DNA of 32,000 bases from NCBI GenBank assembly GCA_026387835.1, contig JAPLKZ010000011.1, forward strand, positions 54,082-86,081, written 5' to 3'. The translations under genes were made by a program, and so were the position numbers. Positions 15,109 to 23,203 of the stretch are shown here, in pieces. The notes under the pieces were generated by a model. The model was not told where the DNA came from. It saw only the letters and a list, made by a program, of their open reading frames with translations, and searched no databases. Source of the DNA: Candidatus Saganbacteria bacterium (GTDB lineage Bacteria; Margulisbacteria; WOR-1; JAKLHX01). How positions within the stretch are numbered: position 1 is the stretch's first letter; each line of letters starts with the position of its first letter.

Positions 15109-17076
15109 ATGAAAAAATTTATAGCTGTCTTTTTTGTTCTCCCCCTTCTCACGGCAAGCCTGTTCGCGGCTCAGGTAGACCCCCAACTTATAGATAGGAT
15201 CAGGACAGCTTCTTCGTCCGAAAAGATCTCGGCGATCGTCTTTATGAAACAGCCGGCGGGTATTTCGATGATGCCGCAGGATGCCGCTTCAAGGGTAATG
15301 CTCCTGAAGAATATCTCAAGGAACTCGCAGAAAGATGTGACCGAGTTCCTCGTCAGGGAAAGAACCGGGAAGCGTGTCAGGGCGTTCAATTCCCTGTGGA
15401 GCATCAATTGCATCGCGGTGTCCGCCGATACAAAGACCATAAAAGAACTTTCGGGTAGAAGCGATATAGAAAAGATCATCCTCAACAGAAAATTTTCCCT
15501 TCCCAAAGAGCCGGTAACGACAGTCCCGCTGGGCACGAGGACTTCTTCCGGGACTATCGAGCCTAATATCAGCCAGATAAGAGCGGATGCGGTATGGACG
15601 ACGTTCGGGAATAAAGGCAATGGCGTGAAGATAGGCATCGCTGATACCGGATGTCTTGTCACGCATCCCGACCTTTCCGCAAGGATATTAAAGTCCGCGA
15701 CATTTGACGATCTCGGGACCAAGACAAGCGATACAGCAAACGATGTGGATGGCCACGGCACGCATGTCGCGGGCATAACGGCAGGCGGGAATGCTTCGGG
15801 CCCGTATATCGGTGTCGCGCCCTCGGCCTCGCTTTTGATAGCCAAAGTATTTGATGATGCGGGCAACGCTTCATACGCCCAGGTGGCGGGAGGGGTGGAG
15901 TGGCTTATTACAAATGAGGCAAAAGTCATAAATCTGTCTCTCGGAGCTTCAAAAGGGGACGCGGATTCATTCTGGAACACTGAGGTAGAAAGATGGAATA
16001 CCCTTCTCGGAGTGATCGTTGTAGGAGCGATAGGAAATTACGGACCGGAAGCAGGAACGACCACAAGCCCGGCAAACTGCCCGAGTGCGTTAAGCGCGGG
16101 AGCGGTAGATCCAAATGACCTGATATGCGATTTCAGCTCGCGCGGTCCGATCATATGGGGCACCACGACATATTCAAAGCCGGATATCAGTGCACCCGGA
16201 AAAGCAATAGTATCTTCGTATAAGGACGGTGCGTATACGGCCATGAGCGGGACTTCGATGGCATCGCCGCACATAGCCGGAGTCGTAGCATTGATGTTGT
16301 CAGCGAACAGCACTCTCAGCCCTTCTTCCGTCAAGAGGATAATTAAAGAAACGGCTTCCCAAAGATCCGATGTCCCGTCATATCCCAATTATGACTACGG
16401 CAGCGGCAGGGCAGACGCTTATGCGGCTGTAGTAGCCGCCATGAAACCGGACACCGATGCGCCGGTTATAACGCATACACCGGTGACAAGTTCGAAGTTC
16501 GGTACCGTGATCACCATAACGGCAAAAGTGACCGACGAGACGACATTGATCCCGACAGCCAACCTGACCTGCAGGAATCTTTACAATGTCTGGACGACAT
16601 CAGCGATGTCCGCGGAGACCGGTTCTTCGGACTATTCTGCAGTTATCCAAGCTTCGGACGTGAAAAGCAATGTTGATTATTATATCTCTGCTTCGGACGC
16701 GGCAGGGAACACATCGACATCTCCTTCCGGAGCCCCGGCATCATACAACACGATCTCGATCGTCTCCCGTGAATCCATGTCTATCTCGGACAGTCAGACG
16801 TGCCCCAACCCCTTCGCTCCGGGATCTTCAAGCATGACCCTTTCGTATTATCTTTCCAAAACGGCCGATGTCACCGTCAGGATATATTCCATGTCCGGGG
16901 AGGTGATGAAAGCATTCAGCCGGACAGGAGTGTTGGGATATAACGGCCTCACCTGGGACGGGATGCTCGAAAACGGCGAGACCGCGGCGAACGGGGTCTA
17001 CCTGTACCAGATAATCGCAAAGGATACTTCCGGAGGATTCAGCACCGCGAAGGGAAAGATTATTGTTTTGAAATAA
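15109..17076 (+). CDS. Secreted subtilisin-family (S8) serine protease with an N-terminal propeptide and a C-terminal FlgD-Ig/T9SS-CTD-like domain
   Basis: Signal peptide MKKFIAVFFVLPLLTASLFA. Catalytic triad blocks: GIADTG (Asp), DGHGTHVAG (His) and SGTSMASPHIAG (Ser). C-terminal ~90 aa: CPNPFAPGSSSMTLSYYL...VTVRIYSMSGEVM...GLTWDG...NGVYLYQIIAKD...KGKIIVLK. Confidence 0.85.
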   Translation: MKKFIAVFFVLPLLTASLFAAQVDPQLIDRIRTASSSEKISAIVFMKQPAGISMMPQDAASRVMLLKNISRNSQKDVTEFLVRERTGKRVRAFNSLWSINCIAVSADTKTIKELSGRSDIEKIILNRKFSLPKEPVTTVPLGTRTSSGTIEPNISQIRADAVWTTFGNKGNGVKIGIADTGCLVTHPDLSARILKSATFDDLGTKTSDTANDVDGHGTHVAGITAGGNASGPYIGVAPSASLLIAKVFDDAGNASYAQVAGGVEWLITNEAKVINLSLGASKGDADSFWNTEVERWNTLLGVIVVGAIGNYGPEAGTTTSPANCPSALSAGAVDPNDLICDFSSRGPIIWGTTTYSKPDISAPGKAIVSSYKDGAYTAMSGTSMASPHIAGVVALMLSANSTLSPSSVKRIIKETASQRSDVPSYPNYDYGSGRADAYAAVVAAMKPDTDAPVITHTPVTSSKFGTVITITAKVTDETTLIPTANLTCRNLYNVWTTSAMSAETGSSDYSAVIQASDVKSNVDYYISASDAAGNTSTSPSGAPASYNTISIVSRESMSISDSQTCPNPFAPGSSSMTLSYYLSKTADVTVRIYSMSGEVMKAFSRTGVLGYNGLTWDGMLENGETAANGVYLYQIIAKDTSGGFSTAKGKIIVLK

Positions 17077-17117
17077 CTCACCCCCTTCCCCTCTCTTGAC
17101 AAGAGAGGCGGGGTGAG
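17077..17117. terminator. Bidirectional hairpin filling the gap between convergent genes
   Basis: CTCACCCC-cttcc-CCTCTCTTG-a-CAAGAGAGG-c-GGGGTGAG. The nested inverted repeats occupy all 41 nt between the TAA at 17074-17076 and the minus-strand stop at 17118-17120. The flanking U-tracts are only partial. Confidence 0.55.
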
Positions 17118-20100
17118 TTAAAAGTTGATCGTCCCCTCGAACGTCATCATATTTGCCCTGAAATTATTTGAAGATATAAGGTAGTCCGTATAGTCGACCT
17201 CCTTGTATGTCGCCGAAAGCACGATGCTCGACAATATCAGGCTTTCCTGAGGGAGGGTGATGTTGAAGGAATAGCTGTTCGTCACCTTAAGTATGTCAAG
17301 GTTTGTGACGACCCCGGCCTGCACTTCGCCTTTGTTCCTTTCCTGCTGCCAGTTGTAGACAAGGCTCCCCCAGCTAAATATCTTCAGGGTGGTCTGCGCG
17401 TCTAAATTTTCTTTCGGGCGTTCCGCGTTCAAAATAAGGTCTTTTGTCGTCTTCATCGCATAATTCCCGGAAAAGCTGAGGATCGATACCGGGGAAAAAC
17501 TCAGGCCGTATTTTAATGTGGTGTTTTCGGTCTTAGTGGTTATAATCCCGTCGCTGGTATTGTTGTTATAATCCTCGATTATATAGTCCGAATTCAGCGT
17601 GAACAAGCCGAAAGGAGTGATGCTGCCGTTGAAGTTCTTTGTCTCCGAGTTGAGATCGGTTATTATTTCGGAGCTCCCGCTCGGCGCGGAAGACTGACGT
17701 TCCTGCGTATCCCACCTCGAACCCAGCTTGAGAAAAGAAAATGGAGTGAAGTCTACGGAAACATTCTTTGCCACGCCCTTACTCCTTGTCCCGGCCTCCT
17801 GCAGGGATTTGTCGTCGGATCTGCCGTAGGCAAGTGACAGGACGGAAAATGGCGTGAACCTGACAGAATAGTTGTCTTTTTCTGTATTTGGGTTTTCCTG
17901 GTCTGCCTGGACGCTTAATGTTTCGGTACGGTTCTTATCATACGTGGCCGAAAGGTTGCTGAGCGGATCAAGGACGACATTATAGGATTCGTTCTTTGTA
18001 AAGACTTTGGCCAGTGTCAGGGCATTCAGCTGGTCGTGCTGGATCAGTCTTGCCCTTGTCGAGAATTTCTTCAGAAATCCGAAAGTGAGGTCCCAGTCCG
18101 CATTGTACGTGCTGTCGCGCGAGATCTCGCAGTAGGTCACTCCCTCGCTGGTATGATTTTTTGGTTCGCTGTACTGGAACTCATACCCAAGCCCCAGCCT
18201 TTTTGCCACGTTGAGCGTGTTAGCGGTATGGAAAAATCCGACGGTAGAGCCGGAGTCGTCGAGAAAGTTGGTCGTCTCGCTCTTGGAGAAATCCTCCCTG
18301 TTGGTGAAAGCCACGTATTTCGAATCAACGCTCTTTGGGACGACGGAAAAAGCGAGCGAGTTCGTGATGTTGTTTGACTGATGCGTTGTCGATCCCGGCA
18401 GGATGTCGTCCATGACCTTGTAATTCCTGAAGTTCATGTTAATCTGGACAAGGCCTTTAGGATTCACGCCGATACCTATGTTCCTGTCGGTATTCCAGGT
18501 GTAATAGCCCGTGTACGTGCCGATCTGGCTCTTGGTCTCGAGTATGCTTGAGGCTACGGACAGAGATTCCCCGGAACTGTACCCGAGATCGATCCTTTTC
18601 TGCTGGCTTCCGGTGCCGATATTGGTGGATTCGAAAGGAGTATAATCGGCATTGATCTCTTTGATGTAAGCACCGACCGAGAACGGCCCGGCTTTTGTGG
18701 CCGCATTGACCCTGTATGCGGCGCCGGTCTTGACGGTAGACCCTGTTGATATTCCGGACGACGACTGGTAATCGTACTGTATGACCATCGTATCCGCAGG
18801 TTTTATCGTGAGATAATAGAAACTCAGCTGGCCGCTCTGATAGTTCATAAAATAGTCGACGTCCTTGTTCATCTGGAAATTGTTCAAAAAGACCTTTTCC
18901 GAGCCCTCTATGATATTGTTGTGCGACAGGCTGTACGGTCCGCGGGTGTTGTTCCCGATGATCGTGTCCTGTGTTGATTCCGACATTATCACCTGGTCGG
19001 TCCTGCTGATGCCGACCGCCGCGTCGATCACGGTGTCGGGTCCGATCGTGATATTCGTGTTCACGCCAGTCACGTCGTGGTTGATGTCGCTGTCCTGGAC
19101 AGACGCGCTCGCGGGTATGTAATAGAACGTTATGTCGAACTTCTTCTGGTTAGGGAACGGATCGTTAAAAGTTATGTAGGGAGTGTACGGGAAGTTGTAG
19201 TTTATCTTGTATTTGCCGTCCGCTACTTCTCTCGAGCTGTTACGCGTAAATGTATCGATGACGGAACTGCCGTCAGTCCTGACCTGCATGTTGGTATCGG
19301 TCGCCGGCACTACGGAGTTGATGCTCGTCAGATAATAAGGTCCCGTACTCCCGTTGCCGCGGCCGCTGAATTTTCCGTAAATACTTTTCTTGTAAACATA
19401 GTTGACCGCTATATCCGCTGACGCGTCAAGCGTGGATGTGAATTTTAATGTGCCTGTCGCATAGCCGTCGCTCGCATCGTCTTTATCGTTCAGATAAGGC
19501 ATATGAAGGCCTATTGCTTCTGAAGTCGGCACGTAGAAATCAGCGAAAGGGGTACCGTTCACGGTCACGGATACCGTCTGTGACGGGTCAAGAGGGAAAT
19601 GCTTCAGGTTGAGAAGATTGTTCGTTATCTCGCTTCCTTTTCTGGCTTCGACAAGAGTGGCTGTTGCGGCGGCGGAGCCTTTTTTGGCGGACTCTTTCAG
19701 ATATGTGGCCCCCAAAGTGAATGAGCTTTTGCTCGGGGGGACCAAAGCATCAGTATGTATCACAAAGGAATAGGAAGCGTTTATTTTTGAGGCGGCATTT
19801 ATTTTTGTGTTAAAAGTTATTTTTCCGGAATTATAATCTATCGTGTAATCCAGGCCCCTGAAGTTCTTCTTGCCGTCCACCTCGATGCGCTCGGAGTTCT
19901 TTACGACAGGATATTCGGTCATCTCATACGGCCCCTTGCTGTCGATCCCTGATATGACCTCGGATTCGCCCGAGACGTTGTAATAGCTGTATTTTACAGA
20001 AAGAGTATCATCGCTTGTGGGCATGTCTTCCAGCATGGCTGTTATAGTCCCGTAAGTATAATCTATGACATAGTCCTCGTATTTTTTCAGGAGCGTCCCT

Positions 20101-21146
20101 TTGTGATAGACAGATTCCGAATACTCTACCACGGGAAAATGCTTCAGCCGGTACAATCCCATGGCTTCTTCGCTGATAAAAGACGGTCTCACGAACTCCG
20201 GTTTAAGCGTTTCAGCGGATGAAGGTGCCGCTTCCGTGGAAGTCAGATAACCGGATTCTCCGGTGGCGGGGACGACGACCGGTCCGGCATCCGAATAAGA
20301 AAATGACGTCGGGAATTCATCGTTTGCTTCATATGATATCGGCATAGACGGTATGACCTCGGCTTTTTCAAAGAACATCCTTTTAGACGTGTAAGATCCC
20401 TGGACGCCGAAAAAGTCGCGTTTTGACACCGTGGGAAAGAACAGGTCAAAAAGGTTGGTGAATTCGTAAGTGTACGTGAACTGGTCGGCGGCTGTCAGTA
20501 TCCTGGCAAAAGTTATCTTGCCCTCAAAGTAATCGATCGTGTAATCGGTCCCCCTTGTGAGCGGGATATTGTTCAGGAGGATCTTTTCAGAACTCTCAAG
20601 GATCGATCCGTGACCGAGGCTGTAAGGGCCCCTTGTATTGTTGCCGATCACGGTGCTGATCGGCTGGTTGTTGCTTTTGAGCTTTGTTGACGGGACCAGG
20701 GTGAAAGTGTAATTATCTCCGGACGAGGTCAGCATCACGCCGTTCAGGTACTTTGTCGCCGAAACGAATTCGTTGCCAGAAAAACTTGCAGTGAAATCGC
20801 CGAATGTCAGCTCCGTGTTGTCGTATTTCACCTTAACATCAGATACCTGGGGCGTATCGGGCTCCTGTAAAATATTATATGAGACCCCGAGATGATCGTT
20901 CAGCTTGCTGTCTATCTTCAAGGTCAGTCTTTCCTGCCACTGCCCCGCGAGGGCGTTCTGCGACTGGCCTCCGAGCTGGGTGAGGGCGATGAAATAGTTC
21001 GACATCGGTTCCGCCTGGACCCTGTAGTACGACCATTTCTTAAAGCCGGATATATCGAACTGGGGATAGGTATCCGCGAACACACCACTTATAAGGACCG
21101 CCAGCGTGACGGCCAGCACAGCTATGAACGCGCGTTTCATTTTCAA
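17118..21146 (-). CDS. Very large outer-membrane protein: ~800 aa of repeated beta-sandwich modules plus a C-terminal beta-barrel-like region ending in Phe
   Basis: 1342-aa ORF. The track start is TTG 21146, and ATG at 21140 (MKRAFIAVLAVTLAVLISGVFA) is more likely. Repeated modules include IGNNTRGPYSLGHGSILESSEKILLNNIPLTRGTDYTIDYFEGKITF, IGNNTRGPYSLSHNNIIEGSEKVFLNNFQMNKDVDYFMNYQSGQLSF and KGPYEMTEYPVVKNSERIEVDGKKNFRGLDYTIDYNSGKITF. The C-terminal part has four [FI][TS]P[FV][SG]xLxL hairpin motifs and ends TFEGTINF. Confidence 0.7.
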   Translation of the reverse strand: MKMKRAFIAVLAVTLAVLISGVFADTYPQFDISGFKKWSYYRVQAEPMSNYFIALTQLGGQSQNALAGQWQERLTLKIDSKLNDHLGVSYNILQEPDTPQVSDVKVKYDNTELTFGDFTASFSGNEFVSATKYLNGVMLTSSGDNYTFTLVPSTKLKSNNQPISTVIGNNTRGPYSLGHGSILESSEKILLNNIPLTRGTDYTIDYFEGKITFARILTAADQFTYTYEFTNLFDLFFPTVSKRDFFGVQGSYTSKRMFFEKAEVIPSMPISYEANDEFPTSFSYSDAGPVVVPATGESGYLTSTEAAPSSAETLKPEFVRPSFISEEAMGLYRLKHFPVVEYSESVYHKGTLLKKYEDYVIDYTYGTITAMLEDMPTSDDTLSVKYSYYNVSGESEVISGIDSKGPYEMTEYPVVKNSERIEVDGKKNFRGLDYTIDYNSGKITFNTKINAASKINASYSFVIHTDALVPPSKSSFTLGATYLKESAKKGSAAATATLVEARKGSEITNNLLNLKHFPLDPSQTVSVTVNGTPFADFYVPTSEAIGLHMPYLNDKDDASDGYATGTLKFTSTLDASADIAVNYVYKKSIYGKFSGRGNGSTGPYYLTSINSVVPATDTNMQVRTDGSSVIDTFTRNSSREVADGKYKINYNFPYTPYITFNDPFPNQKKFDITFYYIPASASVQDSDINHDVTGVNTNITIGPDTVIDAAVGISRTDQVIMSESTQDTIIGNNTRGPYSLSHNNIIEGSEKVFLNNFQMNKDVDYFMNYQSGQLSFYYLTIKPADTMVIQYDYQSSSGISTGSTVKTGAAYRVNAATKAGPFSVGAYIKEINADYTPFESTNIGTGSQQKRIDLGYSSGESLSVASSILETKSQIGTYTGYYTWNTDRNIGIGVNPKGLVQINMNFRNYKVMDDILPGSTTHQSNNITNSLAFSVVPKSVDSKYVAFTNREDFSKSETTNFLDDSGSTVGFFHTANTLNVAKRLGLGYEFQYSEPKNHTSEGVTYCEISRDSTYNADWDLTFGFLKKFSTRARLIQHDQLNALTLAKVFTKNESYNVVLDPLSNLSATYDKNRTETLSVQADQENPNTEKDNYSVRFTPFSVLSLAYGRSDDKSLQEAGTRSKGVAKNVSVDFTPFSFLKLGSRWDTQERQSSAPSGSSEIITDLNSETKNFNGSITPFGLFTLNSDYIIEDYNNNTSDGIITTKTENTTLKYGLSFSPVSILSFSGNYAMKTTKDLILNAERPKENLDAQTTLKIFSWGSLVYNWQQERNKGEVQAGVVTNLDILKVTNSYSFNITLPQESLILSSIVLSATYKEVDYTDYLISSNNFRANMMTFEGTINF

Positions 21147-21149
21147 TCA

Positions 21150-21178
21150 ATTTTAGCAGTAATGATATATATTGGCAA
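21150..21178 (-). promoter_or_regulatory. Sigma70-type promoter for the 1342-aa OMP gene, near-leaderless
   Basis: On the minus strand: TTGCCA (21178-21173), a 17-nt spacer, then TAAAAT (21155-21150). Nine nt (tgattgaaa) follow before ATG 21140, with no SD. Confidence 0.5.
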
Positions 21179-21193
21179 TATAAAATATTTTGC

Positions 21194-21240
21194 TTGACGC
21201 AATCCTTGGCGCAAACTTGGCGGGAAAAGGTGTGGGCCAG
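21194..21240. repeat. Direct repeat copy A, upstream of the AAA ATPase gene
   Basis: TTGACGCAATCCTTGGCGCAAACTTGGCGGGAAAAGGTGTGGGCCAG. The 26-nt core differs at one position from copy B, and the similarity is looser beyond it (GGGAA..GG..GGCC, then GACAATT). Confidence 0.8.
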
Positions 21241-21331
21241 CGATTAGTCAGATTGACAATTCAAAGCGCGTGGCGTAAAATAGGGGATTGAATCACTAAA
21301 TTACGCTAATTGGAATTTAAAGGAGTGAGGA

Positions 21332-22471
21332 ATGTTTAAAAGACTTTTAACTGAAAAGATAAAAAGGAAAATGTTCAAGGGAAAGGCGATAATTATAACC
21401 GGCGCCAGACAAACCGGAAAAACAACATTATCTATTAACCTGATCAAGGGATCGGAATATTCAGGAACGGTTAGAGCCTTTAATTGCGATAACCCGACTG
21501 ACAGAGAGATGCTTTCGGACAAGGATTTTGAGTTCCTTGATCAGCTTATCGGGGATTCGAAGATCATCTTTATTGACGAGGGTCAGAAGGTCGAGACGAT
21601 AGGGCAGACGTTGAAACTGCTTTGCGACCGCTATAAAAAGAAAAAACAAATAATCGTGACCGGATCATCGAGCATTAATTTGTTGGACAGCACACAAGAG
21701 GCTTTGACAGGCAGGAAGCATGTATATACACTTTTCCCTTTAAGCCTCGAAGAAATAAAAGCAGCCGGAGGCCAGCTGGCAGTTATCAAACAACTGGAAC
21801 AACTATTGGTGTTCGGCAGTTATCCGGAAATACAGCTCCAGCGCTCGTTCAGGGACAAGATCGATCTTTTGAAAGAGCTTTCATCAAGCTACCTGTACAA
21901 AGATATCCTGGAATTCCAGCAGGTGAAGAACGCAAACATTCTGGGAAAGCTCATTAAGGCTCTTGCTCTTCAGATAGGATCGGAAGTCTCGTATAATGAG
22001 CTTTCGAACCTGATCGAGATCGACAAGAAAACAATAGAAAGATATATAGATCTTCTCGAAAAGAACTATGTTGTGTTCAGGCTTCCACCTTACACAAAAA
22101 ACAAGAGGAGAGAGATCTCCCGTCATAAAAAGGTGTACTTTTATGATCTGGGCATAAGGAACGCAGTCATAAACAATTTTAATTTTCTGGACAGCCGCAG
22201 CGATGCCGGCGCTCTATGGGAAAATCTCATGGTCGTTGAGCGGCTCAAGTACAGGAGCTATCATGAAATATACGCAAGCCAGTATTTCTGGAGAACTTAT
22301 GACGGCAGCGAGGTCGATCTGGTCGAGGAAAGGCAGGACAAGCTGTACGGCTATGAGTTCAAATGGGGGACAAGCAATAAAAAACCAAGACCGCCCGCAA
22401 AATGGGCGCAGTATCAGAACAGCTCTTATCAGCTTGTCGGAAGAAAAGACATTTCCGGGTTTGTAATGTAG
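21332..22471 (+). CDS. AAA+ ATPase of the COG1373/DUF4143 type
   Basis: 379 aa with SD aaggag. Walker A: ITGARQTGKTTL. Walker B: IIFIDEGQ. Further blocks: IVTGSSS and LTGRKHVYTLFPLSLEE. The C-terminal part (YFYDLGIRN...YFWRTYDGSEVDLV) is typical of this stand-alone ATPase family. Confidence 0.8.
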   Translation: MFKRLLTEKIKRKMFKGKAIIITGARQTGKTTLSINLIKGSEYSGTVRAFNCDNPTDREMLSDKDFEFLDQLIGDSKIIFIDEGQKVETIGQTLKLLCDRYKKKKQIIVTGSSSINLLDSTQEALTGRKHVYTLFPLSLEEIKAAGGQLAVIKQLEQLLVFGSYPEIQLQRSFRDKIDLLKELSSSYLYKDILEFQQVKNANILGKLIKALALQIGSEVSYNELSNLIEIDKKTIERYIDLLEKNYVVFRLPPYTKNKRREISRHKKVYFYDLGIRNAVINNFNFLDSRSDAGALWENLMVVERLKYRSYHEIYASQYFWRTYDGSEVDLVEERQDKLYGYEFKWGTSNKKPRPPAKWAQYQNSSYQLVGRKDISGFVM

Positions 22472-22568
22472 GAACTCTGAACGCCATTCTCCCGCCCCAA
22501 CCTCCATACCATTCCAAAAACAATGCTGTCTTCATTTTGCGTATTTCGAGAAAAAACTAAGTTCGAGA

Positions 22569-22612
22569 TTGACACAATCCTTGGCGCAAACTTGATGGGA
22601 ACTGGAGGCCGG
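22569..22612. repeat. Direct repeat copy B, downstream of the AAA ATPase gene
   Basis: TTGACACAATCCTTGGCGCAAACTTGATGGGAACTGGAGGCCGG, followed by GACAATT as in copy A. Confidence 0.8.
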
Positions 22613-22672
22613 ACAATTATGCACAAGAAATTAACCTAACATTTTTCCAATGCTGTAACGGTGCAAAAATTA

Positions 22673-22701
22673 TGGACAACTTTATATATATGTGATAAAC
22701 T
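22673..22701 (+). promoter_or_regulatory. Promoter of the thioesterase-HK1 unit, paralogous to the one at 25325
   Basis: TGGACA (22673-22678), a 17-nt spacer containing (TA)4, then TGaTAAACT (-10 at 22696-22701). The SD aaggag follows before ATG 22755. Confidence 0.45.
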
Positions 22702-22754
22702 TTACCCTGAAAACTAAAAGAAAACCATTTTTAAATTGAGAAAAGGAGTGTATC

Positions 22755-23198
22755 ATGTCAAAAGAGTTTATATTCGAAAAGACAATATATCTTTGCGACA
22801 CAAACGCTTTCGGGAATGCATATTTTTCGAAATATTTTGAATGGCAGGGTATGGCAAGAGAGGCTTTTTTTAGAGTTATCATGCCGGATCCTTTTTATTT
22901 GATGAATACGGGGACAAAACTAATTACAAAACGAGCGGCAGTGGAATACAAGCACGAAGTTTATCTCTATGATGATATTGAGATCGGCATAAAAGTAGGG
23001 GCTGTAAAACCGGCAAGCTCAGAACTGATATTTAATTATCGAAGAAAAAAAGATAATTTATTGTTTGCATTAGGTTATCAGGCCATATTATTTGCAGATA
23101 AAAATGGCGAGCCGATCAAAATACCAAAGGAGATCGTTGAAAAAGCAAGGCCTTATACAGATGAAGTGAAATATGTATTAGGGAAAATATTTAAATAA
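22755..23198 (+). CDS. Hotdog-fold acyl-CoA/acyl-ACP thioesterase (4HBT/YbgC-like)
   Basis: 147 aa. The block IYLCDTNAFGNAYFSKYFEWQGMAREAFF matches the 4HBT signature (catalytic Asp near the N-terminus, then hV.n..Y..yfe.a). The stop is 5 nt before the HK1 ATG. Confidence 0.7.
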   Translation: MSKEFIFEKTIYLCDTNAFGNAYFSKYFEWQGMAREAFFRVIMPDPFYLMNTGTKLITKRAAVEYKHEVYLYDDIEIGIKVGAVKPASSELIFNYRRKKDNLLFALGYQAILFADKNGEPIKIPKEIVEKARPYTDEVKYVLGKIFK

Positions 23199-23203
23199 CG
23201 TGT

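Noticed and set aside
15171-15980. 269-aa minus-strand ORF opposite the subtilase gene
   Set aside because: The plus-strand frame carries the complete S8 catalytic triad motifs, and the antisense product has no motifs. The same reasoning rejects the following ORFs: 5373-5771, 6549-7072, 18036-18377, 19077-19421, 23944-24312, 24841-25281, 28254-28775, 29215-30010 and 29988-30813.
21205-21222. Sigma54-type promoter inside direct-repeat copy A (TGGCGCAAACTTGGC, GG-N10-GC spacing)
   Set aside because: The -12 element is TGGC rather than TTGC, copy B lacks the GC entirely (TTGAT), and no enhancer-binding protein gene lies nearby. The match is too weak to call without a genome-wide motif model.
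21332-22471. DUF4143 AAA ATPase as the core of a defence system or mobile element
   Set aside because: No nuclease, methylase, toxin, integrase or transposase partner is adjacent. This ATPase family commonly occurs as a lone gene. Only the flanking repeats are reported.
22429-22882. Short minus-strand ORFs (22429-22626 and 22682-22882) in the ATPase-thioesterase intergenic region
   Set aside because: There are no RBSs. They overlap the 3' end of the ATPase gene, the promoter and the 5' end of the thioesterase gene. Their sequences are low-complexity with no motifs.
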